A program made the translations under genes and the position numbers. Below, in pieces: positions 12,274 through 25,790 of a DNA stretch of 64,000 nt. How positions within the stretch are numbered: the stretch's first letter is position 1; the number at the start of each line of letters is the position of its first letter. The stretch comes from Octopus sinensis. Its lineage: Eukaryota. The notes beneath the pieces were generated by a model. It did not search any database. It was given only the letters and a program-made list of their open reading frames with translations, and was not told the origin of the DNA. The stretch spans positions 125,798,001 to 125,862,000 of the forward strand of contig NC_042998.1 of the NCBI RefSeq assembly GCF_006345805.1, in the 5' to 3' direction.

Positions 12274-15200
12274 CTAGAGCCTTTATGTAGTCTCCCTATT
12301 TGCAAGAGGTTCACAGCCAAACATCCCTAAAATGAAAATACTATTGTCTTGAAAAGAGAGGAAGAAAAACAGGGAAAAATTTGGTCCCAGATACGCAATG
12401 GCCGATTTGCAATTTAGATCCTGAATAAATCAGCTACGGATCATCCTTCCTTAATTTAGCTCGTGTGACTCTTGACAGATTTAAAACATACAACAAATAC
12501 TTTTTTTCAACCATTATATATCTAGTAGATTACACTGTCTAATCAACATGTCATTCCATTTTTTTAAAAGAAAGTAGGGAATGATTTGAGCAAGATTTGG
12601 TTGCTAATTCTAGCAGCTGGCGTGACTTTGTTGAGGGTCTTCCGTTGGCTCAAACAAAGCGAAATACAAAGCACAACATTTGCACCAGAATACGAATACA
12701 TAAGATTTGAATCTCAATTGTTCAGCTTAAAGATCTTGGCGAATCGTACAATATTTATCATAGATTCACCTAAACCAAAGCTTTCAACGCCACTTTCAGC
12801 TCCTGTAACAACTAAATATAATGACTGCTATTTCTAACGGGTCGAGAAACCATGTAAAGGCTATCCTTGTGGCCCGATATTGAATTGATTGTGATATAAG
12901 CACGCTACATTGCCACATGACATTATAATATATCACCTAAGTCTCATGTTAACCAACAAGCGAATGTGAACGCTATCACTCGACCTGTTGAAAGGAGCAA
13001 TTTTGATTCCCTCGCCTATGTTCCAATTTTTTTACCATTTGATCCAGTAAAGAAAGATGATATCTATGGCCTTTATATTTTTTTTCAAGGCTTCCGGAAC
13101 GGGTTACTGGAAGAAAGTTATCCTCAAATTAGAGACTTCACCCATTTACTTTCAACACAGTGAATTCCACAAAAGGTACCCAGTGAACAGATGTTGGTGT
13201 TAAACAGGGTAACGATTCAAGTCCAGCGCCCAAGAACTCAGAATGCAAAGACCTAAAATAATTACCACATGGCCATTTAACTGATGTAAAAGTAATTCTG
13301 CCGATCCACCGCTCTGCACTGGTGCTTCATTTTAACAACTCCGAAAAGATGAAGGACAATGAGAGATTTGAATCCAAAGCTTAGAGAGTCGGAACGAATA
13401 ACAAATTATTTGTTCAACGCTTAACCGACTCTGTCAGTTTTATCTCTACATATTAAATAACGTAGGACGTATGAGATCCTTGTTTCACAAATTCCTCTCG
13501 ATGCCTTCTTAGAAAATTATTGACAATATTAGTGATGATTGTGTTGAAGGTTTTGATGGAAATATTTTTAGTATGCAATGGAGTGTAATACTAGATGTCA
13601 GGCCGGTAAAGTATTAGTACTAATAGCAATGTTGGTCGTAATGAAAACCTAGTAAGTGGTATTGATGTAATGGTGGTAGTGATGTAATACCCATGATGTT
13701 TGTTGAAATCGTGTGGCTAGGATGGTGATAGTGTTGGTAATGGTTATTTGTGGTAAAATATGTGGTTGTGGGGTTGAGATGATGAAAGTGAAATGGTACT
13801 AAATGTTACAGTTGTGTGGAAATATAGATGATGTGATGAACCGGTTAGTTGCAGTGGTCGTACTGTTTGTAGAGGTGGCGTTGGTGGTAGTGAATGCGAG
13901 TGGAACTGTTTATTATGATAGCGAAGAAGGCAGTGGTGCGATGGGCGAGTTGAGGTTATCTGTTGGTAGTAGAGGAGGAAATGGTAATAGTGGTGAAGTG
14001 AAGTGATGGGAGAATTGGTATTTTTTGTTGTGGAAACTACATTTTATATTGTGATGGTTGCGTAATAATAGTTGTGATGGGAATTATGAAACGGTTCAGG
14101 TATGGTCGTTACATTGTTATCGTTTTTGTTTAACTTCTAATTAAAAGAATTCCAACCATGAATATCCCATCATTTTAAAAGTATGTTGGATTACTTATTC
14201 AATGTGTTCTTTTCTTTCACAAGACGGTAGGGTGTGATTTCTAGTAGGTCGAGCCTCTGCATAGACCCCGAAGTACTGAATCGGGCTGAAATGCTTTACT
14301 GTTATGGAGGCGTATAAAACTGTATTTTAATAAGGTAATTATAGCTTAAATAATTGGGGCAACTTAAGCGACTGAAACAGGACTCCTGTAACTATGTAGC
14401 CTATCAAAGTTTAGAACTTTGTAATTAACCACACAATTGTTAGTGCTCACAAATACTAATAAACTATAGCGCAAAAATATTTATTTGAATTTGCATTTAC
14501 ATACAACAAGCAAGTATTTGTGGTTAAGGAGTTTGCTTCGCAACTACATGGTTTCCGGTCCAGTTCCGCCGCACAGCACCTTGGGAAAGCGTTTTCTGTA
14601 AAAAAACTCAATTTGACAAAGTGTTGTTTGTGAATATGGTAGGCGGAAACTGGTGAAAGCCCGTTGGATACATATGTACGTGCGCACCTGTATTTATGTA
14701 TATGCGCATGTCTGTATGTTTGTCATTGCTTGGCAATCAACTGAATAAGCACTAGACTTAGAAATATATATACTGAGTTCAATTTGACTTCAGGGAGTTA
14801 ACCCAGTATTGCTACCATCCAAGGACTGACACCAGTAAAAGAAGAACAAAATAAAAAGCAGGCATAAACTATTTGAAAGAGAATGCTATATGGAAGATAT
14901 AGATTTGTTGAAAGATTTCTAACGTATAATCTATTGAACCATATGTTTTTTTCATATTTTCCTGGTCTTCACCGTCCTTTCTTAAGATTCTATTATGTAA
15001 TATGCAACATAATCAAACATACCGGACACATTCTATGTCCTTTTGCTGATATTCACAGCTAAATTCTCACGGTTGGTCTATGAGTGGTCAAAGATAAACC
15101 AATCCCGGGACATCCTGCAGAAATGAGATGTTGGAAGTCAAAATATGTAAAGTATTTCCTTTTACAGAAAAATGTGCGCTTATGCTGCATATTTCTATAA

Positions 15201-15558
15201 TAAAATATTCTAAAGATGGGGGTGATTTTTTGCAAGATAGGCAATTGTGAACAGCAAGAAAGAACCATATCATGAAATTTAATCTGATTCAACTCACTAT
15301 ATGGTAGATAGGGGTCAGGACATACTGAGTAATATTTATTGCATTTTTGACTTTAAGAAACGAAAAAAAAATTCACCGGCCTGACATCAGATTAGCAAAT
15401 GGTCTTTTCTAAATGCATTAAAAATATTATAACATATTCATTACACTATTTCATAAAATTATCTCCGTTCTCTTTGAGCGTACAAAAGAACAAGTTTGGT
15501 GGGGCAAACCGAGTAAGACAAAATAAGGTAAATCTGCCTCTTCAATTTTCCACAATTC

Positions 15559-15795
15559 GGATCTTTTCTGTTTGATGGACGGAATTTTCTAGTTAACTAA
15601 AACATTTGAAACTTCGTATACTGGTAGAATGTGTCAAAAGAAAACATTATTGTAAACAAAATTGAAAACAAAATTGTAATTTGTAACTTAAACGTAGTTT
15701 AATTTTACGAATTTTAACCAATGAAATCCCAGCATTGCTGCGTTATCGATATTGATAAAGAAATATAACAGACGCACGACACACACACACACACA

Positions 15796-15851
<56 letters not shown>

Positions 15852-16690
15852 CACATGCATATACATTTGCACAAGCACATAGTAATTAATATATAAGCGT
15901 ACACACACATACAAACGGACATATACATACACACACATACGCACACAAACATACATACACGTTCGTGAGTTGCCCCTTGCCGTAACAGATTTACACAAAA
16001 GGTAAATAAACCAGAAGGGGGGGGGGGTCAATGTTTCATCGTTTCGGGGTCGATAAATTAAGTACCAATTACGCACTGGTGTCGAGGATTTTTCCCCAAT
16101 TTATATCACAGCTTCCGACAAGCTGGGGTATCCTTTTATGAAAAAATATTTCGCAAATTTTTACAAATGGCGGTGCCCCAGCATGGCCACAGCTCGTGAG
16201 CTGAAACAAGATAAAATAAAAAATAAAAATAATACGACTCACACTCCACGCGCAAACTCTAGACCGATTTAGGCATATTATTGTTTTGTTTCTGGCCCTT
16301 CAAAACCATAGGAGAAGCCTTTTCGATAAAAAAAGATAAAGAAAATATTCAAAAAATATCGTTAATATTTTTATTGGGCGACGAAGTTCATCGATTTAAG
16401 AGATATAGCTGTTATTTCTAGCACATGTAGAAGACAGAAGATAGAAGAGAGAGAAAGGATGAATAAGACGTGTGCGTGTGAGTTTTTAGACGCAGCAAAT
16501 AATTTGAGCTCGAATGCTGCGATTTCATTGGTTAAAATTCGTAGAATTAAACTACGTTAAAGTTACGAATTACAATTTTGTTTACAATTTTGTTTACAAT
16601 AATGTTTTCTTTTGACACATTCTACAAGTATACGAAGTTTCAAATTGTTTAGTTAACTAGAAAATTCCGTCCATCAAACAGAAAAGATCC
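15559..16690. mobile_element. MITE/fold-back element with inverted arms of about 190 bp
   Basis: 15559-15743 (ggatcttttctgtttgatggacggaattttctagttaactaaa..) is the reverse complement of about 16490-16690. The interior holds (CA)/(CT) repeats and a SINE 3' fragment. Confidence 0.85.
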
Positions 16691-17521
16691 CAGAATTCTA
16701 TTTGGAAAAAAAAATGCAAACTCATACACATCAGTATCCGTCGGAAAGATTCGAAATGCAAACAATAATTTAAAATATTTACGTCAAATGAAAGCGGATC
16801 ATGGAAAAGTAGCACATGATATGAAATTTACGAAACTCTTCGTTAGAATCTGCTGGATTGGATCTCTTCCTGATATATTTACACAACATCTATATAATAA
16901 CCTGCTTGTTCGTTCGTCCGTTATACATTAATTAGTTAGTGTGGTGGGGGTAGAGTGAGTGAGAGGTGGAGTAATAGTAAGAGAGAAAGGGAGGAGTGAA
17001 GAGAGAAGAGAGGAAGGAGTAGAAAAAAGGTGATTAATATTAATACACTTAGGCCAAATGATCACGTGGTCAGCTGAAGGTAAAAGCGAAGAACGAGAGT
17101 AAAAGACGATGCGAGAAAAAGAGGGAGAGAGAAGTGTTAACGACGCATGATGGGGAAGAAATACTTATTGCGTAGTTAAAAAGTTAGCTGAAGGGAAATA
17201 TAGATAGAGATTGACATGGGAAGCAATTATATTGAGAGAGGGGGGGGCAGATAGTGGCGGTTGCGATGGTAATGGTAGTGTCTTGATATTGAAAAGTATT
17301 TTTTTTTATTGAACTAATTTCTTTTTATAGCGACCATCGCATACACATAAGTGCAATTATTTACCATCTGCTCGCTTAAAAATTTCATATTTGTTAATAA
17401 GGGTTAATTTAACTGAAACTCTGGATTCACAGGAAACACGGTTGCAAGCTACCCGAGAAAGGATGCGCAGATATAGAGGACAGACCAGAGAGGAACAGCG
17501 AGAAGAATAGCGGACCGTTTT

Positions 17522-17800
17522 TGCATGTATGTATGTATGTATGTATGTATGTATGTATGTATGTATGTATGTATGTATGTATGTATGTATGTATGTATGT
17601 ATTATGTATGTGCAGATTTGTATGTTTTATGTATGTATGTATTATGTATGTGCAGATTTGTATGTTTTATGTATGTATTCTTATGCATATAGTTGCATAT
17701 CTATACATGCTCATGTATATTTAAATGATAAACTTCTGGAATGTTGAACAGATTTTTAGCATAGGTGTTCTCTTTTTCACTGATCTTCAGCTCTATGTTA
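17522..17800 (-). mobile_element. Short, internally deleted 3' fragment of the adjacent RLE LINE family
   Basis: Matches 17870-17950 and 18120-18170 (tgataaacttctggaa; tgatcttcagctctat) and ends in (TATG)n. Confidence 0.65.
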
Positions 17801-20401
17801 ACGTGTATGTATGTATGTACGCATGTACGCATGCATGTATATGTGAAGATTTGTATATTTTGTTTTATATATGATTCTCATGTATATAGTTGCATATGTA
17901 GATATGCTCATATATATTTAAGTGATAAACTTCTGGAAAGTATTACAGATTTTTACAGTTCCAGTAATGGATTGGATTTGTAGTCTTCGAATTAGCTTTC
18001 TTCTTTCTGGTTTTGAGAAGCCAAATTTCTCAAGATTGCTACATATCCCAGGGTTCCAATAATTACAGGTATAAGCTTGAACTTGTAATCTGGATAGAGT
18101 AGCTACAGATTTCTCAATAGTTCAGCGTAGGGGTTCCCTTTTTCATTGATCTTCAGCTCTATCTTAACATTCGCTGGGCAGCTAATTTCCACAACTGTAC
18201 ACAGTTTCTCTTTTCTATCCCAAATCATTATATCAAGTATGTTGTGCTTACATTTTATTGAAGTCTTCACTGGGACATTCCATCGGCACTCCTTTTTATT
18301 ACGAGTGGCTATGGCTTCTACCATGCTGTGGGTCCTTATTTCTTTGTCCTCTGTGTTATCCTTCCGACGGATTTCATTATAGAGTGTCCTAGCTACAACA
18401 TCATGTCTCATCGGTAGATGATACCGTGATGACATTTTCGGACAATTGCTTATGATGTGGGTAATATCTTCTGTGTTAACTACACAAAGGCTGCATCGAT
18501 CTTACAGCTTTTCCTGCATCTCTATCCCTTTTGTGCATTAGGTATTTGGTTGATATTTCCTGTTCCTGGATTGCAAACTCATACCCTTCAAAGTGAGAGG
18601 TAGTAATCCGGCTATAGACTGATAGCCTGCTTTGATAATCAATGTTACTATCATATCGGAGCTTTCTAATAACATATCTATACATAGTCTCCTACACATA
18701 TAGGTTTATCCTTTCATCTGATTATACGTTGCAGTAGAGTTATGCGACTTCTTTGGGCATGTATTCAAGGTTATCAGATAAGGAATGTTGCTCAAGGAGC
18801 TGCCTTCCAAGTTTTATGATGTTATCAGGCTTATGTATGCAAACTTGGTCAAAGGATGCACTTCGACTCTTGGTGGTTAAAAGATGCTGCCGGAGGGATA
18901 TGATACGACATTCAAAGGCATTTTGGATCAATGTTAAGCCTCTACCGCCTTGCTTTCGTTTTAGGTAGAGGTGATCTACGTCACTGTTTATGTGGAAATT
19001 ATGTGTGTTTGTTGGTATTTTTGGAGTTTTTACAGCAATGACTTGGATTTCATCAAGCATCCAATCAAGCAGCCCAAATGCCGGTATCAAACATTGTGGG
19101 CCACTGTTTTATAATTCTTTATTCGGCTGTAATATTTATTAGTGACATGTGTTTTGTTACAGGTGCCATTGTAAGATATGTTTTCATCCACCCCTAGATA
19201 CCTGTAACATTCCTTGTCAGATACAAGGGAAACAGTCAAATCACTGATGGAGATGTTGCTAGTCTAGTTTATACTTTTCCCCCTTTTCACAACCATATAA
19301 CAATATTTATCCTGATTACACACCAACTCTACATCTTTTGAGAATGTTGTAACTAGGTCAAGGTTCTTTTTCATCTCATGCATATTCTTTGCATAAAGTT
19401 TCAAAACATCCACAAAGAAACAGTGTATAATTTTGGTATTTCTGTTTCCTTGTGAATCAGTGAGATATCCTTCAGACTTCCTTAACATGGATGACAAGGG
19501 GCTTTACAGAAAGTATAAACAACATCACAGATAGGCTATCCCCTTGGAATATGCTTTTGCGATACTGTATTCTATCAGTGATAATACAGTCACTCTTTGT
19601 GTTTAATTTCAAGATGGTGGCCCACGATGAAGTCATGTCAGCTATGCCTTTGACTATGCTCGCTGGAGCTTTATCAAGTTGAAGGGCTTGTAGTATCCAT
19701 GAGTGGGGAACAGAGTCAAAGGCTTTCTTGTAGTCTAGCTACATTGAAACTAGGTTCCTCCCATGCTCTCGCACCCCTGACATCGCAGTTTTGTTGATTA
19801 ACAATTGCCCGGCACATCCCCAGACTCCCTTCTTCCCAGCTACTTGTTCTGCTGTGATGATGTTATTGGTTTCACAATGGTCCTGGAGGAAGTTTTAAAC
19901 ACGCTGTATATATTTTATACATTAAGTTCTGGCATGCAATTGGCTGGTAATATTTTGCCATTTAGGTGGTTCTGCATTTGGGGATCAATTTTGTCTCTGC
20001 CAGAGCTAACCAGTGCGGTATGCTATTGTTTCCAATGTGAGCTTGCTGGTACAGATTGATAAGATATGGTCGGTAGAATGTTAGCTTCTTGTACCAATAT
20101 CTAACAATCAAGTCTCTTCCAGGTGCTTTTCCATCCTGTAGTTTCTGGATCACAGTTGCATGAGTTTCACCATCAATGTTGTATGTCTTGGGTGTAACAC
20201 AGGGCAATAACTTTTTCGGATTTCTTCCAACCACAAAGCACCATGGTTAAATTCCTTCTTTTCACTCCAGATTTTCCTCTAGAAGGAGTCTATGTCGTCT
20301 CGTGAAGGAGCGTATGTGATGTTCACTGCTCCTCCTCTTATGTCTCTGTATACTGCTGCTTGGTTCCGGTTAAATTTTTTGCTTAGTGTTCTTCTCTCGG
20401 T
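17800..20401 (-). mobile_element. 5'-truncated, decayed RLE-type (R4-like) non-LTR retrotransposon
   Basis: RT motifs LDYKKAFDSVPHSWI, IFQGDSLS, FFVDVLKLY and LYLKRKQGGRGL; knuckle CRLC..EDITHIISNC; RHDVVAR; RLE region LDIMIWDRKEKLCTVVEISCP. Confidence 0.88.
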
Positions 20402-20820
20402 TATGTATGCATGTATGTATGTATGTATGCATGTATGTATGTATGTATGACTCCTAGCCTTTGTTAGGGCATCCTTCTAGGAGAAGGTAACTCGGGTAAC
20501 TGGGATAACTCCGAAAAAAAACCTGCAGCTCAGTGGTTACCGATGATGTTGACTTGTTCTTCTTTTCGGATTATGGCTGCTGTTGCTTAGTGAGTGGGAT
20601 TGACTCAGTGCACAGCCTTTCCTCACTTTAAAAAAAATCTTCTTGCACAGGTATTGCACGATAACAACATTGGTTAAGCTTCGTGCAATGGCCATACTCG
20701 ATAACGAGGGGGCAGCCACCATGTATGATAATGATGGAAGTTATGACGGTAGGTGGTGGAAATGGAGGTGATAGTACAAAGGGAAAGTGAACGCAGAGAG
20801 GGAAAAGATGCAAAGAAACC

Positions 20821-21075
20821 AATTTCTTTATTACAAATATTTATTTCTTTACTACCCACAAGGGGCTAAACACAGAGAGGACAAACAAGGACAGACAAAC
20901 GGATTAAGTCGATTATATCGACCCCAGTGCGTAACTGGTACTTGTTTAATCGACCCCGAAAGGATGAAAGGCAAAGTCGACCTCGGCGGAATTTGAACTC
21001 AGAACGTAACGGCAGACGAAATACAGCTACGCATTTCGCCCAGCGTGCTAACGTTTCTGCCAGCTCGCCGCCTAG
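20821..21075 (-). mobile_element. tRNA-derived SINE (family B) with 15-bp TSD
   Basis: Head aggcggcgagctggcagaaacgttagc, box-B-like gagttcaaattcc, central gcctttcatcctttcggggtcgat. TSD agatgcaaagaaacc at 20806-20820 and 21076-21090. Confidence 0.92.
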
Positions 21076-21321
21076 AGATGCAAAGAAACCGAGCCTAGAG
21101 AAATAAAGATGTCACACAGAAAATGTAACATAGCTAGATAAATAGACGGGAATGTTAATAACCAGGTTCACCGCTCTCTTATTTACTTTTACTTTGGCTA
21201 GAGATATCTTGAGAGGTTTTAATTATTTTCTGAAAATGAAGAATCTTAGACATTTTTTGGACATGATTTTTGCACATACATTTTTCGCACATGTAAAGTA
21301 TAAGTATTTGTGTATGTACAC

Positions 21322-21406
<85 letters not shown>

Positions 21407-21726
21407 CGCCGCGCACATACACATACATAGATGGGCGCAAGGATAATTGATGTAGTAAGCTAAGAAATTTTAATTAATTAAAAGCACGCCCTAACTATTA
21501 TTTTCTAAATGACTGAATCTGGTTTAAAAACAAAATAGTCGGCGGGAACACGCTGAAAATTTTAATTAATCATAAATGATTAAAGCAGTCGATTCGTTCG
21601 ACTAAAATTCCTTAAGGCAATGCTCCAGCATGGCCGAGAACTAATAACTGAAATAAGTAAACGGTTAAAAGTAAAAGATAGATATGGAATGTGACGGTGA
21701 GGGATTCAGATCATATAGTTTAACAT

Positions 21727-22051
21727 AGGCGCAGGAGTGGCTGTCTGGTAAGTAGCTTGTTTACCAACTTGGTAGACGGAAACTGAAAGAAGCCTGTCGT
21801 ATGTATATATATGTGTTGGTGTGTGTGTTTGTGTTTATGTGTTTGTTTGTGTCTGTTTGTCACCCCAACATCGCTTGACAACCTATGCTGGTGTGTTTAT
21901 GTCCCCGTAACTTAGCAGTTCGGCAAAAGAGACCGATAGAATAAGTACTAAGCTTACACAGAATAAGTCCTGGGGTCGAGTTGCTCGACTAAAGGCGGTG
22001 CTCCAGCATGACCGCAGTCAAATGACTGAAACAAGCAAAAGAATAAAAGAG
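21727..22051 (+). mobile_element. SINE family A copy with an internal deletion
   Basis: Head and tail intact; ttaccaac is joined directly to ttggtagacgg, lacking about 95 bp present in the 3391 and 43550 copies. Confidence 0.88.
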
Positions 22052-22395
22052 CCGTGACATTTTTCATACATTTATGTTAGAGACAAAAGAAAAATCTAGT
22101 ACGTGTAACACTTGTCTTCCGTCAACGTTCTTAAAGGACTCTTTTCCACCATCAGAACATCGTATGACAACTCTCCCTGGTAAATGTGATTCGTGTAAAT
22201 GCGAGTGTTTTTTGGTAATTCTATTTTCTGAACTGGTTACAACAACCAAAACCTTTAGATACTGAACTTTTACACCCACTTAAGTTTAATACCAAATATC
22301 CTATGATCAGTATGCAATATCCTATACGAGTAATGGGCAACCTGCGGTTCGCGGGACTTTCTGAAGGTCACACGTTACGAAAAATTCCCTTTTAT

Positions 22396-22465
<70 letters not shown>

Positions 22466-22469
22466 GTGA

Positions 22470-22817
22470 AGGCGCATGGCTCAGAGGTTAGAGCATCGAG
22501 CTTATGATCGTGAGGTTGTGAGCTCGAATCCCGGACCGGGCTGCGTGTTGTGTTCTTGAGCAAAGCACTTTATTTCACGTTGCTCCAGTTCACTCAGCTG
22601 TATGAATGAGTTGCGACGTCACTGGTGCCAAGCTGTAGCGACCTGTCTTTCCCTTGGATAACACTGGTGGCGTGGAGAGGGGAGGCCGGTATGCATGGGC
22701 AACTGCTGGTCTTCTATAAACAACCTTGCCCGGACTTGTGTCTAGGAGGGTAACTTTCTAGGTGCAATCCCATGGTCATTCATGACCGAAGGGGGTCTTT
22801 ACCTTTATTATTATTAT
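22470..22817 (+). mobile_element. tRNA-derived SINE (family C)
   Basis: Box A-like tggctcagaggttaga, box B-like gctcgaatccc; follows (ATT)n and ends in (TTA)n. Confidence 0.82.
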
Positions 22818-23196
22818 TAATAGTACGACCCGCTAGACGACAAGCCATGTCTACTGCGGCCTGCTTCTCGACGAAGATTACCGATGTCTGTCCTATACAC
22901 TATATTCTACTTTTTGTATTATGCCTTCAACATTCTTACTGTACATTTAATTGCGAACAGTCCCGGATATGCATGAATACATGGGCAGACCCTTCCTTCA
23001 AATTCTTACCATCTTCTTCAGATCCCCACCAGCCTTTTCAGATTCCCACCACTCAAATTAAATAGGTGATGGTTTAAAAGGCAGGCAACAATGAATCTGC
23101 AAGCAAAGTCATTGTTACATGGTGTCACGCTGATTGTGCCAAACGATTATGTTAACCAGTTTTCTTGTCAGAGCTTTGTGAGTTTTAAACTATTTG

Positions 23197-23242
<46 letters not shown>

Positions 23243-23291
23243 TGTGTGTGTGTGTGTCTGTGTCTGTGTGTGTGTGCGTGCGTGTGTGTGA

Positions 23292-23550
23292 AGGCGCATG
23301 GCTTAGTGGTTAAGGTGTTGCACGCACGATTGCGAGATTGTGGATTCGATTCCCAAACCGGGCGTTGCGTCGTGTTCTTAGGCAAAACATTTCATTTCAC
23401 GTTACTCTGCGATCATTTCCACATCTCACATGTAGTACCCGTTGCACCTGTACAGATAATGTCAATCTGATGGAAGGAGTGAGCTTATGTCTACACAAAC
23501 ATTTGATCACTATTAACAAATCATCTGTGTGGTTGTTCGGTAAGAAATTT
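23292..23550 (+). mobile_element. tRNA-derived SINE (head related to family C), interrupted by a Tx1-like element
   Basis: aggcgcatggcttagtggttaagg..gattcgattccc; the body stops at gttcggtaagaaattt. Confidence 0.8.
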
Positions 23551-25774
23551 ACTTCTTTATTAGTCACTAAGGCTTGACATAGAGGGACGATACAGGACAG
23601 ACAAGGTAGTGTCATACATAAAAAGTGTGTACGCAGTTTTAACAAAGGTAAACAGCTAAAAATTGCAAGTGTAAACATACAAAACAACAGTGGTACACAA
23701 AAGGGGGAGTATTCTGAGTTGGTAGCGGAAACCCTACAAGCCACAAGACAACCTTACCGCTACCCATTTTTCACGTCCAAATCCAGTGACCTGAGGTCGT
23801 TGAGAAAGCGTCCTTGCTTCCAAAACGATCCCAGGCCACGCACATTTAAGCAGCGTAACTTGAGCAAAACCAGAAAAGTGAAGCACTACTTACTTTTGGG
23901 GTTGCGGGGAAGGTGAGAGACTTTTCTTACTTTCTGGGTGACTGTGGGAGCTTCCACGACCAGGTTTTTCTATATACTTTTCCTTATTGTTCGTTGGAGC
24001 CTACCCACTGCATTAGGGTGGTTTTCTCTTAAGTCACTGAAGGTTGTGTTAGATACATTGAGTATTTGTATGTGAGAGGGAGCGTTAGGAAGAGTGCACA
24101 GAAAATCTTTTGGTGTGATGTTGGTATTTTGATGTATGTATTTCATTAGGGGTTCATTGTTTGCATTGATTGCAGTGACATTTACTGTTGTTTTTGACGG
24201 TTGTTTTTGTATGGCGTGTGGTGCTGGTAGTGGTATTGGTGGTGTTGGTATTGTGGATGATGCAGTTGATAGTCATGTGTCTGTGTTTTGGGGAGAAGCT
24301 GTGATGGTATTTGCGTTTTTTCCTTTCGGGGATTCCCCACCACTCTTTGCTTGCTTCTGTGGCGGTTTCTAAGTCAGTCTTGGGAAGAGGTAGATCAGGT
24401 GGGTTGTTGTTTGTCCAAGTGGTTTCTCCCTTTCGTGCTGCTGTTGTCGATTCAGTAGTGTTCTTAGTGTTGCATTTTCGGATATCTTTGGCTGCTGCTG
24501 CAAATGGCATCCCTTTCAATGTGGGTGATGCTGCTGCTACCTCTACTGTTGCTGCTTCTGTGGTGATCATCGTTTCCGTCTTTGTAGCTGTTGATGTTTT
24601 CTCTGCACACACTGCAGTCGTTGCTGCTTTGGGTGGTGGCGAGGTTAATTTTGATGCAGTCTGTGTTTGCTGCTGTAGGTGCTGTTGTGAAGTCTCCTTT
24701 GCTGGAGTGGGGTGTTTCTCGTGGGGTGGTCCCTCTGCCCTCAGAGATAGCATCTCGGTTTGCGTACACCCACCGATACGTGTAACTTTGCTCCTTCAGG
24801 CAAGTGAATGATGCCCAGAATACTTTCAAGGGCCTGCTGATTTGCCTGGATTAAAAGTTCTAAACCTTGTCCCCACTACTTTTGTTGGTGTAGTTTGTGT
24901 ATCTGTAGTATAGATATCAAGCAAGACGGCTGCCACCACCCAAAGGATGTGAATATCAGAGGGCACTTCCCCAATCTTTAATTTTGATAATAGCTATCCG
25001 AGGTACGTTGGAAAGAGCACTAGTTTGTCCGTTTTTAGGGGCATTGTGGCGGGTAGTCTGGCTTCGTCTTCCGAGTTGAAACTTCTTTCCACGGTACCAT
25101 ATCTTTTCCCTCTAGCCACGCATTTAATTTTATTCCAGATGGGCTGCAAACACTTTTCGATAAGTACCTTTGGTGTATGGTCAATTTTTTTGCCTTTTAG
25201 TGATAGGGTTTTATAAATTAGAGTTCATCGCAAGGTGCGCTGTGAGATTTCACTAGGGGGCGTTAAAGAGACAATTGTGCCGTTTTTCTGAATTAGGTTT
25301 TGGAACATTTTCAAATCTTTAACATTTATTTTTAATTGCTCTTGTTGTACTTTTGCTACAGCTGTGAAACTGCGACTGTTAGGTTTAATAATTTTTTCTT
25401 TGAGATTTACCGTTGTTTTCCTGGTTGTGGTAGCCTTGGAAAATGTTTGTGTGCTTTCGACTGCAAATCCTCCATTCCCCACCTCCTTTTCGTAATGCGG
25501 GAGGGAAGGAAAGGTTACTTCGTAAACTTCAGTTGGGTGTGGGGTGGGGGGCGTAGCCCTCTTCACGACTGGAGGCCATGTTTGAAAAACGTAAACAAAT
25601 ATGTGCTAAGACAATACATTATGAAATTCCCCATGAAGGGTGAATTTTGTTTAGTAAAAAAACTTCATCCGCCAAGCAGGTTCAGTTTAATTGACTCCAA
25701 ATGTTCAAAATAAAAGTATACTTGTCTGTGTAACAAAAAAAAAGCAAAACTTACGAACGTAAGAAAACACGTCC
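23551..25774 (-). mobile_element. Tx1/L1-like non-LTR element with ORF1 and an almost fully deleted ORF2
   Basis: ORF1 remnant; a 30-codon APE start LKLRCLNVRGLGSFWKQGRFLNDLRSLDLDV joined to a 3' end and UTR with AATAAA. 16-bp TSD-like repeat at 23535-23550 and 25775-25790 with 1 mismatch. Confidence 0.75.
24154..25580 (-). pseudogene. Tx1-like ORF1 (gag-like) with stops and frameshifts
   Basis: ..KIKCVARGKRYGTVE..LFPTYLG*..IGEVPSDIHILWVVAAVLL.., a degenerate knuckle RKPRCYL*GQRDH and a T/A/K-rich C-terminus (ORF 24154-24753). The family assignment is from recalled resemblance. Confidence 0.65.
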
Positions 25775-25790
25775 GTTCGGCAAGAAATTT

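Noticed and set aside
12586-13163. Two short ORFs, one with a signal-peptide-like start
   Set aside because: Non-ATG starts, no motifs and no convincing splice context.
20990-21075. tRNA gene calls at SINE heads
   Set aside because: Box A/B-like motifs run on into SINE bodies and tails with TSDs; there is no full cloverleaf.
24311-24811. 166-aa hydrophobic plus-strand ORF
   Set aside because: It is antisense to the low-complexity C-terminus of the Tx1-like ORF1.
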